Shown: positions 16,855 to 24,951, counted from the stretch's first letter. The stretch is 46,591 nucleotides of DNA from Kiritimatiellia bacterium (GCA_017459225.1 JAFUDL010000537.1:1-46591); one strand, 5' to 3'. Made by a program: numbers and translations. Notes: generated by a model from the sequence alone, not told the origin.

Positions 16855-17276
16855 TCTCACACAGAGGCGCAGAGAGGCAGAGGGCGAAGAGAAAGATCCA
16901 AAATCAGGAGGAAAAGTTAAAGCTATGGCAGGAAGGATCTCAAGAATCTCTTTCACCTTGCCTTAACTTCGTATTGCCCACAAATCTCAATTGTTCACAA
17001 TTGCCAAATACATATTTTTGAAGCAATTGGAAGACCACGAGTCCATGATATGATGTGGCGAGGCCGCCTCGGCCTTGCTGCAAGGGCGATGGCGCTCTTG
17101 CCACATCGGGTTTTGCAACTCAACTAACCTCTTCTGCCATTTGTGAACGATAACGATGTTATCAACATTTACATTCCCGTGCGCAGTGCGGGCGGCGGGC
17201 TAATGGTGAAAACAAACGCACCCGCTCAAAGCGGGATGACCAATCATCTCTGCGCTCTCCGCGCCTCTGTGTGAGA
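16855..17276. repeat. 422-bp segment bounded by perfect 16-bp inverted repeats TCTCACACAGAGGCGC (MITE-like)
   Basis: 16855-16870 tctcacacagaggcgc is the exact reverse complement of 17261-17276 gcgcctctgtgtgaga. The interior holds TTGTTCACA-type motifs, a GC-rich hairpin (17052-17108), the GATAAC-gat-GTTATC palindrome (17149-17163) and a small hairpin (17221-17235). I did not identify target-site duplications. Confidence 0.6.
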
Positions 17277-17307
17277 TATGAGGTAATGCAAAACCTCCAA
17301 AAACATC

Positions 17308-17380
17308 TCACGCCAAGTTCGCAAAGTACGCGAAGTTCTGTTTCATGGATGACTTTGCGAACTTAGCGGACTTTGCGTGA
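17308..17380. repeat. Inverted repeat built from three 9-mers (ACTTNGCGN) per arm
   Basis: The right arm actttgcga acttagcgg actttgcgtga (17352-17380) pairs with the left arm 17308-17336 at 24 of 29 positions. The loop is 15 nt. Confidence 0.8.
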
Positions 17381-17542
17381 AACTAAAAAGCAGGTTTTGC
17401 AACTGGCTCAGAGGGTAAGTGGGGGATGGGAACGGGGACAGGAAGTGCATCGCAAAAATCAAATGCAGACATCATGGGCAATAAAGGAATTCGGAAAATT
17501 CCTTCAGAGGTGTCCTCGTAGATGTGCAAGGCCGAGGCGGCC

Positions 17543-17812
17543 TTGCCACATCGTGCATCGTGTGAGAAGGTTCACGCTGTGGGAAGGGGGGGGGATGGAC
17601 CTATGTTCAGTACAAGGCCGGGAACGGCATTGCTACATCATCGCACACATGAGAGGTAGTGGCCGTAACACGATGTGGCAAGGGCGCCCCGCCCTCGCCC
17701 TTGTGGTAAGGCTAAGGTGGCGTTGCTACATCATCCGTGCATGCGGGAGAGAAGGTAGCTGTAACACGCGATGTTGGCAAAACGAGGCTGCCGTGAGGAG
17801 GCGCACCAATGC
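17543..17812 (+). repeat. Three degenerate tandem units of about 87-93 nt, each starting TTGC(C/T)ACATC
   Basis: Unit starts are at 17543, 17630 and 17723, with a related copy at 17099. Units 2 and 3 share ttgctacatcatc, ggtag, gtaacacg and gatgt(t)ggcaa blocks. GC-rich hairpins include gatgtgcaaggcc..ggccttgccacatc (17521-17552). Confidence 0.65.
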
Positions 17813-18170
17813 GACAACTTATACAAGAGGATTTATCAACAGCAACTATAGAGTTAATAACATATACGTTATGCGTCACGGAAATTGAAGCAAAATTGCG
17901 TTTCCCCCTTTATTTACTGGGGATTGCAAAACATGGAGTCAAAATCAAGCCAAAAATATTAGATTTTTATTAAAAGTTGTCAACGGGTTATCTACAGATA
18001 TGAAACATTAAAATCTAGCCTAGTATATTAGATTTTTCATGCCGTTTTCATTATCGGCGAATGATTTCTGGGGGAGTTATGATAAGATGAAAATATCTTC
18101 AAGGATTTCTGTAGATTCTTTGGCGGCAGCGCCTACTCATCAGTGGACAAAGCCAACCAACTGTCCGTTA

Positions 18171-18209
18171 CCGCTCCAGGTCCTCCCCATACCCTGGAGC
18201 GGGTTTTTT
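18171..18209 (+). terminator. Rho-independent terminator-like hairpin with U-tract, not attached to any CDS
   Basis: It consists of CCGCTCCAGG (18171-18180), a 12-nt loop, CCTGGAGCGG (18193-18202), then G and TTTTTT (18204-18209). The stem is a perfect 10 bp. No T-run exists on the opposite strand. Confidence 0.5.
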
Positions 18210-18249
18210 ATTGTCACAGATAACAATTCGGAAAATCACGGACTTGGAG

Positions 18250-18322
18250 AATGTTGCCAATGTGGAAATGTTGCCAGTCCCAATGTTGCCAATTTCCAAT
18301 GTTGCCATTTGCAACATTTGCC
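18250..18322 (+). repeat. Four direct AATGTTGCCA motifs (periods 17, 14, 16 nt)
   Basis: It reads aatgttgccaatgtgga aatgttgccagtccc aatgttgccaatttcc aatgttgccatttgc. The first 44 nt match the inverted copy at 13942-13986 at 41 of 44 positions. Confidence 0.85.
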
Positions 18323-18338
18323 CCTGTTGCAGCCGAAA

Positions 18339-18367
18339 GCCTCTGCCTCTCTGCGACTCTGCGTTAA
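18339..18367 (-). repeat. REP-like element copy (TTAACGCAGAGTCGCAGAGAGGCAGAGGC on the minus strand)
   Basis: 18349-18367 is the same 19-mer family as 3094-3112 and 3131-3149. 18340-18355 is the exact 16-nt reverse complement of 16868-16883 (cgcagagaggcagagg). The two copies therefore bracket the non-coding island in inverted orientation. Confidence 0.8.
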
Positions 18368-18408
18368 AATCCAAACGAGGAGTTTAGGGTAAACGTTATT
18401 ATTTCTAC

Positions 18409-18443
18409 GCACTAGACACTATACACTATATTCCCTAATCCCT
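18409..18443 (-). repeat. Tandem heptamer array (AGGGATT AGGGAAT ATAGTGT ATAGTGT CTAGTGC on the minus strand)
   Basis: The period-7 array overlaps the last seven codons (..SGIREYSV) and the TAG stop of the NUDIX gene. It shares TAGGGAATA with the heptamer array at 25041-25113. Confidence 0.7.
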
Positions 18444-18862
18444 GAGTCTGTCTCTTTCGTGAAGAAATTCTTCATGACGGGGGGAAGGATGTTGGCTGTA
18501 TCTAGGTTGTCAAGGGGACACCATTCGAAGTCAATCCAGTCCTCGGCGGCTTCTGCCGCTGTTTCTGGCGGAACCTCCATACGATACACGAGGTTGATTT
18601 CGGCGTGGGGCTTCCCGTGCTGAATGAAGGAGTTTTCCACGACGCCGAGAAGGGGGCCGACGGTGGCGTCCACATTCATCTCCTCCTTCATCTCGCGCGC
18701 GAGGGCCTGGCGGCCCGTCTCGCCGAACTCGATGTGTCCGCCGGGAAGGTAGGTTGTGGCGCCGCCCTTAGCGCGGCAGAGAAGCGCCCTGCCGTTCTGC
18801 ACGCACACGCCGCGGGCGATCGTCTCGATGCCCGCCAATTCGTATTCAGGAAAGTTGCTCAT
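18419..18862 (-). CDS. NUDIX hydrolase
   Basis: GGHIEFGETGRQALAREMKEEMNV is a near-perfect Nudix box (G-x5-E-x7-R-E-U-x-E-E-x-G-U). Confidence 0.85.
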   Translation of the reverse strand: MSNFPEYELAGIETIARGVCVQNGRALLCRAKGGATTYLPGGHIEFGETGRQALAREMKEEMNVDATVGPLLGVVENSFIQHGKPHAEINLVYRMEVPPETAAEAAEDWIDFEWCPLDNLDTANILPPVMKNFFTKETDSGIREYSV

Positions 18863-18868
18863 GGAGGA

Positions 18869-18877
18869 ATTATATCA
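18869..18877 (-). promoter_or_regulatory. Extended -10 element TGATATAAT, 6 nt before ATG 18862 (leaderless-type)
   Basis: The minus strand reads TGATATAAT-tcctcc-ATG, so the predicted +1 is the A of the start codon. Confidence 0.4.
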
Positions 18878-18994
18878 AATCTCCGCGGAGAGTGCGACAC
18901 ATGCAAAAAGAATTTGCAAAGCGCAATTGACAAGCGGCGCACAGGGAATGTAAACTATTGGCACTGAAACACAAGAAACTGCATTGAGGTGTAG

Positions 18995-19810
18995 ATGAGC
19001 AGGAAAACAAAGATTGGCCTGGCGCTTGGCTCGGGCGGCGCGCGCGGACTCGCCCATCTGGGCGTCTTGGCGCGCTTGAACGAGTGGGGCGTCAAGTTGC
19101 ACTGTGTGGCGGGCACGTCCATCGGCGCGATCATGGGCGCCATCTACGCTTCGGGCGCCGTGGACAAGGCGATTGCCTGGGCCGAGCGCCTCGACTGGGC
19201 CGGCGCGGCGACTCTCTTTGCTGAGATAAACATGCCCGTCACCGGCTTCTTCACCGGCAGGCGAGTGGAGGAGCGACTGCGTAAGTTCATTCCATACGGC
19301 GACTTCTCGGAGTCGCCCGTTCCGCTGGCGACTGTTGCCACCGACATCGTGACAGGCGAGGAGGTGGTGCTGCGTACGGGCGACATGATGGAGGGAGTGC
19401 GCGCAAGCTATGCGATTCCAGGAGTGTTCACGCCGGTGGAGCGCGACGGGCGTCAGCTTGTGGACGGAGGGCTTGTGAATCCTCTGCCGATATCGGTGTG
19501 CCGCGAGCTCGGCGCGGATGCTGTGATCGCGGTGGACATCAATCTCAGGAAGGGTCCACCCGGATATCGCCGCACGAAGAAGTCGCTCAAGATCATGGAG
19601 ATACTCGCCAACACCATCAGCATCCTCGAGAACGAAGTCACCCGAGGCACCCTTGCCGCCCAGGCTCCTGACGTGTGCGTCCAGCCTGCGGTGGGCGACA
19701 TCTTCACGCTCGACTTCTTGACCGCCCGCACAGCCATTGAGGCAGGCTATGCAGCAGCCGACGAGCGACGCGCCGAGATCGAGGCGCTTGTGGAAGGGCG
19801 GACAAGTTGA
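18995..19810 (+). CDS. Patatin-like phospholipase (RssA-like)
   Basis: It has GSGGARG (oxyanion hole G-G-x-R), GTSIGA (G-x-S-x-G) and VDGGL (catalytic Asp). A GAGG Shine-Dalgarno sits 5 nt upstream of the start. Confidence 0.85.
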   Translation: MSRKTKIGLALGSGGARGLAHLGVLARLNEWGVKLHCVAGTSIGAIMGAIYASGAVDKAIAWAERLDWAGAATLFAEINMPVTGFFTGRRVEERLRKFIPYGDFSESPVPLATVATDIVTGEEVVLRTGDMMEGVRASYAIPGVFTPVERDGRQLVDGGLVNPLPISVCRELGADAVIAVDINLRKGPPGYRRTKKSLKIMEILANTISILENEVTRGTLAAQAPDVCVQPAVGDIFTLDFLTARTAIEAGYAAADERRAEIEALVEGRTS

Positions 19811-20391
19811 TGGTGGATGCGGCAGATTTCGGCGTGGCGCGATTCGTGGCGATCGACTTCGAGACGACCGGCTCGGTGAAGGGCTGGCCGAACGAGCCTT
19901 GGCAGGTCGGATTCGTCGAGATCGGAAGGGAAGGGCCGGTGGCGGGTTCACAGCGCGAGCATCTTCTCAAGACAGCGCCGGAGCGTCCGTTCTCGCCGCG
20001 CGCGCCGGGAAGATGGGCGCAGCTTCGCGGCGAGCTCGCGGCGGCGCCGGCGTTTATGGACGTGTGGCCAGAACTAGCATCCAGCCTCGTAGGCGTGCCG
20101 CTCGTGGCGCACAACGCCTCGACCGAACGCACCATACTAGAGAAGCGTGCGCCGCTCACGCGGTTTGGTCCGTGGGTTGATACACTCCGCATCGTGCGCA
20201 GGTTCTGGCCGCTGATGGAGTCCTTTGCGCTCGGCGACGTTGTGCGCACGTTCGGCCTTCAGGCGCAGGTGGACGCGCTCTGCCCGGGACGCGTCTGGCA
20301 CGACGCCCTCTACGACGCTTGTGCATGCGCGGTGCTGTTCTGCCATGTGCGCCGTCTCGCGCCGATGTGGATGGAGGTGTGCGGTGCTTGA
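19810..20391 (+). CDS. DEDDh 3-prime-5-prime exonuclease (DnaQ/epsilon-like domain)
   Basis: It has FVAIDFETTG (ExoI), VAHNASTERT (ExoII) and WHDALYDA (ExoIII, H-x4-D). The ATG at 19810 overlaps the patatin stop (TGATG). Confidence 0.75.
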   Translation: MVDAADFGVARFVAIDFETTGSVKGWPNEPWQVGFVEIGREGPVAGSQREHLLKTAPERPFSPRAPGRWAQLRGELAAAPAFMDVWPELASSLVGVPLVAHNASTERTILEKRAPLTRFGPWVDTLRIVRRFWPLMESFALGDVVRTFGLQAQVDALCPGRVWHDALYDACACAVLFCHVRRLAPMWMEVCGA

Positions 20392-21313
20392 GAGCCTTCT
20401 GGTAGTTGCGCGGCAGGTGGCCGTTCTCTTCGCGCTGATGGGTGTGGGATATGTCTGCAACAAAAGGCGCGTGCTAACGGAGACAACGGTGAAGGGACTC
20501 GTGGAGGTGCTGCTGGTGGTGGTCACTCCGTGTGTGATCGTGCATGCGTTCCAGCGTCCGTACGATCGTCATCTTCTGCAGGGGTTAGGCTGGGCGCTAG
20601 GTATCGCCGTCCTGTCGCATGCGCTCGGCATGGTTGCGAGTTTGTGCTTTCGCTCGGCGGAGCTGGCACGTCGCAGCGTGTTGCGCTTTGCCGTCACTTT
20701 CTCGAATGCGGGCTTCATGGGGATCCCGCTAGAACAGGCGCTTCTGGGAAGCGACGGCGTGTTCTTCGGCGCTGTGTATGTGGCGGTGTTCAATGTGTTG
20801 TGCTGGAGCTGGGGGCTGGTGACGATGTGCGGAAGCGCGAAGGAAGTGAGCACACGTACGCTCTTCGTGAACCCGGGAACGCTGGGCATTGCGTGCGGGC
20901 TGCCGTTCTTCCTCTTCTCGGTGACGCTTCCGGAGGCAGTGGGAGAGCCGGTGAAGATGCTTGCGGATCTCAATACGCCGCTTGCGATGATCGTGATCGG
21001 GTACTATCTCGCCGAGGCGTCGTTCGGAGCGGTGCTGCGCTGCGGCGCGGCGTACGCGGTGGCGTTCCTGCGACTTGTGGCGTTGCCGTGTGCGGTGCTG
21101 GGAACGGTGTGGCTGTGCAGTCCGCCCGACGGCACGATGGCCGTGGCGCTCGTCACCGCGTCGAGCGCGCCCGTGGCGGCGCTCACCACGGTCTTCGCCG
21201 CGAAGTACAGCCGCGACGTGCCGCTTTCCGTGGGGATCGTCTCTGGCACCACTCTCCTTTCGCTTGTCACCATGCCGCCGATCGTCGGCCTCGCCATGTG
21301 GCTTTTCAAGTAA
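20384..21313 (+). CDS. AEC (auxin efflux carrier) family permease
   Basis: The start is moved to GTG 20384 (VLESLLVVARQVAVLFALMGVGY...), overlapping the exonuclease gene by 8 nt. About 10 hydrophobic segments and a length near 309 aa are typical of AEC/membrane transport proteins. Confidence 0.7.
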   Translation: MLESLLVVARQVAVLFALMGVGYVCNKRRVLTETTVKGLVEVLLVVVTPCVIVHAFQRPYDRHLLQGLGWALGIAVLSHALGMVASLCFRSAELARRSVLRFAVTFSNAGFMGIPLEQALLGSDGVFFGAVYVAVFNVLCWSWGLVTMCGSAKEVSTRTLFVNPGTLGIACGLPFFLFSVTLPEAVGEPVKMLADLNTPLAMIVIGYYLAEASFGAVLRCGAAYAVAFLRLVALPCAVLGTVWLCSPPDGTMAVALVTASSAPVAALTTVFAAKYSRDVPLSVGIVSGTTLLSLVTMPPIVGLAMWLFK

Positions 21314-21334
21314 AGCCGCGCGTTCACTCTGCAA

Positions 21335-21363
21335 TTGCATTCTGCGGCGAAATAGGTTATACT
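21335..21363 (+). promoter_or_regulatory. Sigma70-like promoter TTGCAT-N17-TATACT
   Basis: It comprises TTGCAT (21335-21340), a 17-nt spacer and TATACT (21358-21363). It lies 35 nt upstream of ATG 21399, with AAGAAAGG between them. Confidence 0.45.
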
Positions 21364-21398
21364 GTCTGACACGCAAAACCATAAGAAAGGCTTGACGC

Positions 21399-22553
21399 AT
21401 GAAAAAACTCAAGATGGGCATGGTGGGCGGCGGCATCGGCGCCTTCATCGGAGAAGTACACCGCAAGGCGGCGCGCATGGACGGCGGCGTGGAATTCGTC
21501 GCGGGCGCGTTCGACATTGATCCTGAGAAGTCGCTCGAGCAGGGGCGCATTCTCGGTGTGGATCCGAAGCGCACGTACCGCACGTACGACGAGATGATCA
21601 AGGCGGAGCTCGCGCTGCCGAAGGGCGAGCGCGTGGACTTCATCTCGATCTGCACTCCGAACCACACCCACTTCCCCATCGCGAAGGCGTGCCTTGAGGC
21701 CGGCTTCAACGTGATGTGCGAAAAGCCCATGACGCTCACCGTGGAGCAGGCGCTCGAGCTCGACGCGCTCGTGAAGAAGACGAAGCTCACGTTCGGCCTC
21801 ATGCACACGTACACCGGCTACCCGATGGTGAAGCTCGCCCGCGACATGGTGAAGGCGGGCGACCTCGGCAAGATCCGCAAGGTGGTGGTGCAGTATCCGC
21901 AGGGCTGGCTCTTCAAGCTCACCGGCAAGGAGAACATGCAGGCCTCGTGGCGCACCGACCCGAAGCGCAGCGGCCGCGCCGGCTGCATGGGCGACATCGG
22001 AACGCATGCGGCGAACCTCGCCGAGTTCGTGACCGGCCTCAGGATCACCGAGGTGCTCGCGGACCTCACCATCTTCGTGAAGGGACGCAAGCTCGACGAC
22101 GACGGCAACGTGCTCTTCCACATGGAGAAGGGCGCCAAGGGCGTCCTCACCGCCTCCCAGATCGCCCCCGGCGAGGAGAACGACCTCCACATCTGGGTCT
22201 ATGGCGAGAAGAAGGCCCTTGCATGGTATCAGGAGAATCCCAACTATCTGCGCGTGTTCGACCAGGAGGCTCCCGAGCAGGTGTGGAAGCGCGGCAACGG
22301 GTATGTGGGCACGAAGAGCGCGAGCGCAGTCCGCTGCACTCGCACGCCGAGCGGCCACCCGGAGGCGTTCCTCGAGGCGTTCGCCAACAACTACTGCAAC
22401 TTCTGCGACACGATCCGCGCGAAGATGGAGAAGAGGAAGCCCACGGCGCTCGAGCTCGACTTCCCTGGAATCATCGACGGCGTGCGCGGCATGAAGTTCA
22501 TCGACGCGGTGTGCGACTCGTCCGAGCAGGGCAACGTATGGAAGAAGATCTGA
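21399..22553 (+). CDS. Gfo/Idh/MocA family NAD(P)-dependent oxidoreductase
   Basis: It has an N-terminal Rossmann motif ([17 protein letters not shown]), an EKP motif (MCEKPMT) and the length typical of the family. Confidence 0.85.
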   Translation: MKKLKMGMVGGGIGAFIGEVHRKAARMDGGVEFVAGAFDIDPEKSLEQGRILGVDPKRTYRTYDEMIKAELALPKGERVDFISICTPNHTHFPIAKACLEAGFNVMCEKPMTLTVEQALELDALVKKTKLTFGLMHTYTGYPMVKLARDMVKAGDLGKIRKVVVQYPQGWLFKLTGKENMQASWRTDPKRSGRAGCMGDIGTHAANLAEFVTGLRITEVLADLTIFVKGRKLDDDGNVLFHMEKGAKGVLTASQIAPGEENDLHIWVYGEKKALAWYQENPNYLRVFDQEAPEQVWKRGNGYVGTKSASAVRCTRTPSGHPEAFLEAFANNYCNFCDTIRAKMEKRKPTALELDFPGIIDGVRGMKFIDAVCDSSEQGNVWKKI

Positions 22554-22564
22554 GGAGGAGAGCA

Positions 22565-23557
22565 ATGGCGAGAAAAGTGACGATATTCACCGGCCAGTGG
22601 GCGGACCTTCCGTTCGAGACCGTGTGCGAGAAGATGGCGGCGATCGGCTACGACGGCCTTGAGATCGCCACGTGGGGCGACCATCTCGACATCGAGAAGG
22701 CCGCGAAGTCCAAGGCCTACTGCGACGAACGCAAGGCGACGCTCGCGAAGAACGGCCTTGGGTGCTGGGCGATCGGAACGCACCTCACCGGGCAGCTCGT
22801 GTGCGACGTCTACGACGTCCGCCACGACCAGTTCGCGCCCGCGTCGGTGCGCGGCAAGCCGAAGGAGATGCGCGCGTGGGCGGTGAAGACGATGAAGCTC
22901 GCCGCCAAGGCCGCGAAGAACATGGGCGCGGGCGTTGTGACCGGCTTCACCGGCTCGCCCATCTGGCCCTACCTCTACAGCTTCCCGCCCACGTCCCCGC
23001 AGATGGTGGCCGAAGGATACAAGACCTTCGCGAAGGCGTGGAAGCCGATCCTCGACGTGTTCGCCGACTGCGGCGTGAAGTTCGCGCTCGAGGTGCATCC
23101 CACCGAGATCGCGTTCGACACGGCGTCAGCCCAGCGCGCGCTTGAGGCGGTCGACGGCCATCCCGCGTTCGGATTCAACTTCGACCCGTCGCACCTCGGC
23201 TACCAGGGCGTCGACTACGTGAAGTTCATCCGCACGTTCAAGGACCGCATCTTCCACGTGCACATGAAGGACGCCTGGTGGGGCCACGGCGACGGAACGG
23301 TGGGCGTGTTCGGCGGCCACGTGGACTTCGGCGACGCGCGCAGGTACTGGGACTTCCGCTCGCTCGGACACGGCGACGTGAAGTTCGAGGACATCATCGT
23401 GGCGCTCAACGACGTGGGCTACCAGGGTCCGCTCTCCGTCGAGTGGGAGGACGGCCGCATGGACCGCTTCCACGGCGCGAAGGAGTCGTGCGAGTTCGTG
23501 CGCAAGGTCGATTTCGCGCCTTCCACTCTCGCCTTCGACGGCGCGTTCGAGCAGTAG
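22565..23557 (+). CDS. Sugar phosphate isomerase/epimerase (xylose isomerase-like TIM barrel)
   Basis: The real start is ATG 22565 ([35 protein letters not shown]...). The track ORF 21716..23557 is the same frame extended across the upstream gene. FALEVHP and HVHMKD blocks are typical of this fold. Confidence 0.8.
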   Translation: MARKVTIFTGQWADLPFETVCEKMAAIGYDGLEIATWGDHLDIEKAAKSKAYCDERKATLAKNGLGCWAIGTHLTGQLVCDVYDVRHDQFAPASVRGKPKEMRAWAVKTMKLAAKAAKNMGAGVVTGFTGSPIWPYLYSFPPTSPQMVAEGYKTFAKAWKPILDVFADCGVKFALEVHPTEIAFDTASAQRALEAVDGHPAFGFNFDPSHLGYQGVDYVKFIRTFKDRIFHVHMKDAWWGHGDGTVGVFGGHVDFGDARRYWDFRSLGHGDVKFEDIIVALNDVGYQGPLSVEWEDGRMDRFHGAKESCEFVRKVDFAPSTLAFDGAFEQ

Positions 23558-23576
23558 CGGAGGCGCAGATCAGTAC

Positions 23577-24944
23577 ATGCGCTTGAATCGGCGAGATTTC
23601 CTGAAGGCGTCCGCATGCGCGCTTGCGTTTCCTGCGCTGCGCGCATCGGCCGCGTCGCCGAACGGGAAGGTGAACATGGCGTTCGTCGGCGTGGGCCACC
23701 AGGCCGGACGCGACCTCGCCATGTTCGCCTACTACCGCGACTTCGTGAACGTGGTGGCGCTGTGCGACACGCAGATGGGCGCCGACCACACGCTCAACAC
23801 GCTGAAGGCGCATCCCGCCGCGCCGCGCTACCAGGACTTCAGGAAGATGCTCGACGAGCACGGCCGCGACATCGACGCCGTATGCGTTGCCACGCCAGAC
23901 TTCTCGCACTTCCCCGCCGCGATGCTCGCGATGTCCATGGGCAAGGCCGTGTACTGCGAGAAGCCCATGTGCAACAACTTCCGCGAGATCGGCCTCATGA
24001 CCGCCGCGGCGAAGCGCCACAAGGTGGTCACGCAGATGGGTAACCAGGGGCACTCGGACGCCAACTACTGGCAGATGAAGTCCCTCGTGGAGAACGGCTA
24101 CATCAAGGACGTCACGCGCATCGACGCGTACATGTGCGCCAACAACCGTCGCTGGTTCAAGTGGAAGGGCACGCTCAAGGAGATGCCCGGCGAAGAGGCG
24201 GAACCGGCGGAGATGGACTGGGACGTGTGGCTCGCGCAGCGTCCGTTCCGCCCCTACAACCACAACTTCATCAACGGCGACTGGCGTTCGTTCTATGAAT
24301 ACGGCACTGGCGCGCTCGGCGACTGGGGTGCGCACATCTTCGACGCTGCTCACGAGTTTCTGCGCCTCGGTCTGCCGTCGAAGATCGAGACCGTGAAGAA
24401 CGAAGGCCGCACGCCCGTGGTCTTCCCCATGGCCTCGACGATACGCTACTCCTTCCCCGCGCGCGGCGAGGGGATGCCCGCATGCGACATCGTGTGGCAC
24501 GACGGCGCAGGGAATTTCCCGGCGAGCCTCGTAGGCGTCACCGACAGAAAATGGCGTCGCCGCGACTGCGGCGCGGAGCTTCATCTGAAGGACGGCCGCG
24601 TGTTCGCGCGCACAAGCCACGGCTCGCCTCTGCAGCTCGTGGCGGGCGGCGATCCGCGCGACCCGTCGGTGAAGAGCGCGATGCGCGATTTCCCGCGCGG
24701 CAAGAGCGGGCACTATCTCAATTTCATCAAGGCCGTGCGCGGCGAGGAGAAGGCCAACTCGTCGTTCGACGTGGCGGGCCCGCTTTCGCAGGTGCTGGCG
24801 CTCGGCGCGGTGGCGCAGCGTCTCGGCGAGCCGTCTCTCGAGTTCGATCCCGCGAAGGGCCGCTTCGTGGGCAACGCGGCGGCGAACGCGCTTCTCGACG
24901 GACCGCCCGCGCGCAAGGGGTGGGAGGAGTTCGAGACGCTCTGA
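23577..24944 (+). CDS. Tat-exported Gfo/Idh/MocA family oxidoreductase
   Basis: It has the twin-arginine signal MRLNRRDFLKASACALAFPALRASAA, then VNMAFVGVGHQAG (Rossmann) and YCEKPM. Confidence 0.85.
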   Translation: MRLNRRDFLKASACALAFPALRASAASPNGKVNMAFVGVGHQAGRDLAMFAYYRDFVNVVALCDTQMGADHTLNTLKAHPAAPRYQDFRKMLDEHGRDIDAVCVATPDFSHFPAAMLAMSMGKAVYCEKPMCNNFREIGLMTAAAKRHKVVTQMGNQGHSDANYWQMKSLVENGYIKDVTRIDAYMCANNRRWFKWKGTLKEMPGEEAEPAEMDWDVWLAQRPFRPYNHNFINGDWRSFYEYGTGALGDWGAHIFDAAHEFLRLGLPSKIETVKNEGRTPVVFPMASTIRYSFPARGEGMPACDIVWHDGAGNFPASLVGVTDRKWRRRDCGAELHLKDGRVFARTSHGSPLQLVAGGDPRDPSVKSAMRDFPRGKSGHYLNFIKAVRGEEKANSSFDVAGPLSQVLALGAVAQRLGEPSLEFDPAKGRFVGNAAANALLDGPPARKGWEEFETL

Positions 24945-24951
24945 GAATTTT

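Larger units (their letters stand above)
16644..18418. other. 1,775-nt non-coding, repeat-packed island; candidate chromosomal replication origin region
   Basis: No credible ORF is present, since the track ORFs here run through repeats and a terminator hairpin. The island lies beside mnmG/gidA at the point where gene orientation switches from mostly minus to all plus. The AT-rich core has 78 G+C in the 240 nt 17821-18060 by hand count. DnaA-box-like motifs occur at 16974, 16991, 17142 (inverted) and 17988. Confidence 0.4.

Noticed and set aside
17373-17888. 171-aa ORF in the non-coding island, plus 18039..18392 (117 aa) and 16624..16956 (110 aa).
   Set aside because: They start at non-ATG codons or run through tandem repeats, REP elements and a terminator hairpin. 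Their Cys/Arg/Trp-rich composition is not protein-like.
16644-18418. Known structured RNAs (RNase P RNA, tmRNA, SRP RNA, 6S, large ornate RNAs) in the non-coding island.
   Set aside because: I could not find their conserved signature strings by eye. This cannot be excluded without a covariance-model scan, so the point is kept only as a check under the island findings.
18995-19810. CBASS-type defence system based on the patatin effector.
   Set aside because: No CD-NTase/cyclase, SAVED/STING or other sensor gene is adjacent. The protein is the short RssA-like form.
21357-22565. 402-aa antisense ORF over the first Gfo/Idh/MocA gene. Similar antisense ORFs lie at 23406..24713, 39407..40831, 40248..41120, 18875..19951 and 44027..45364.
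   Set aside because: All are opposite well-supported genes. They have biased Arg/Ala/His composition and lack starts with plausible context.
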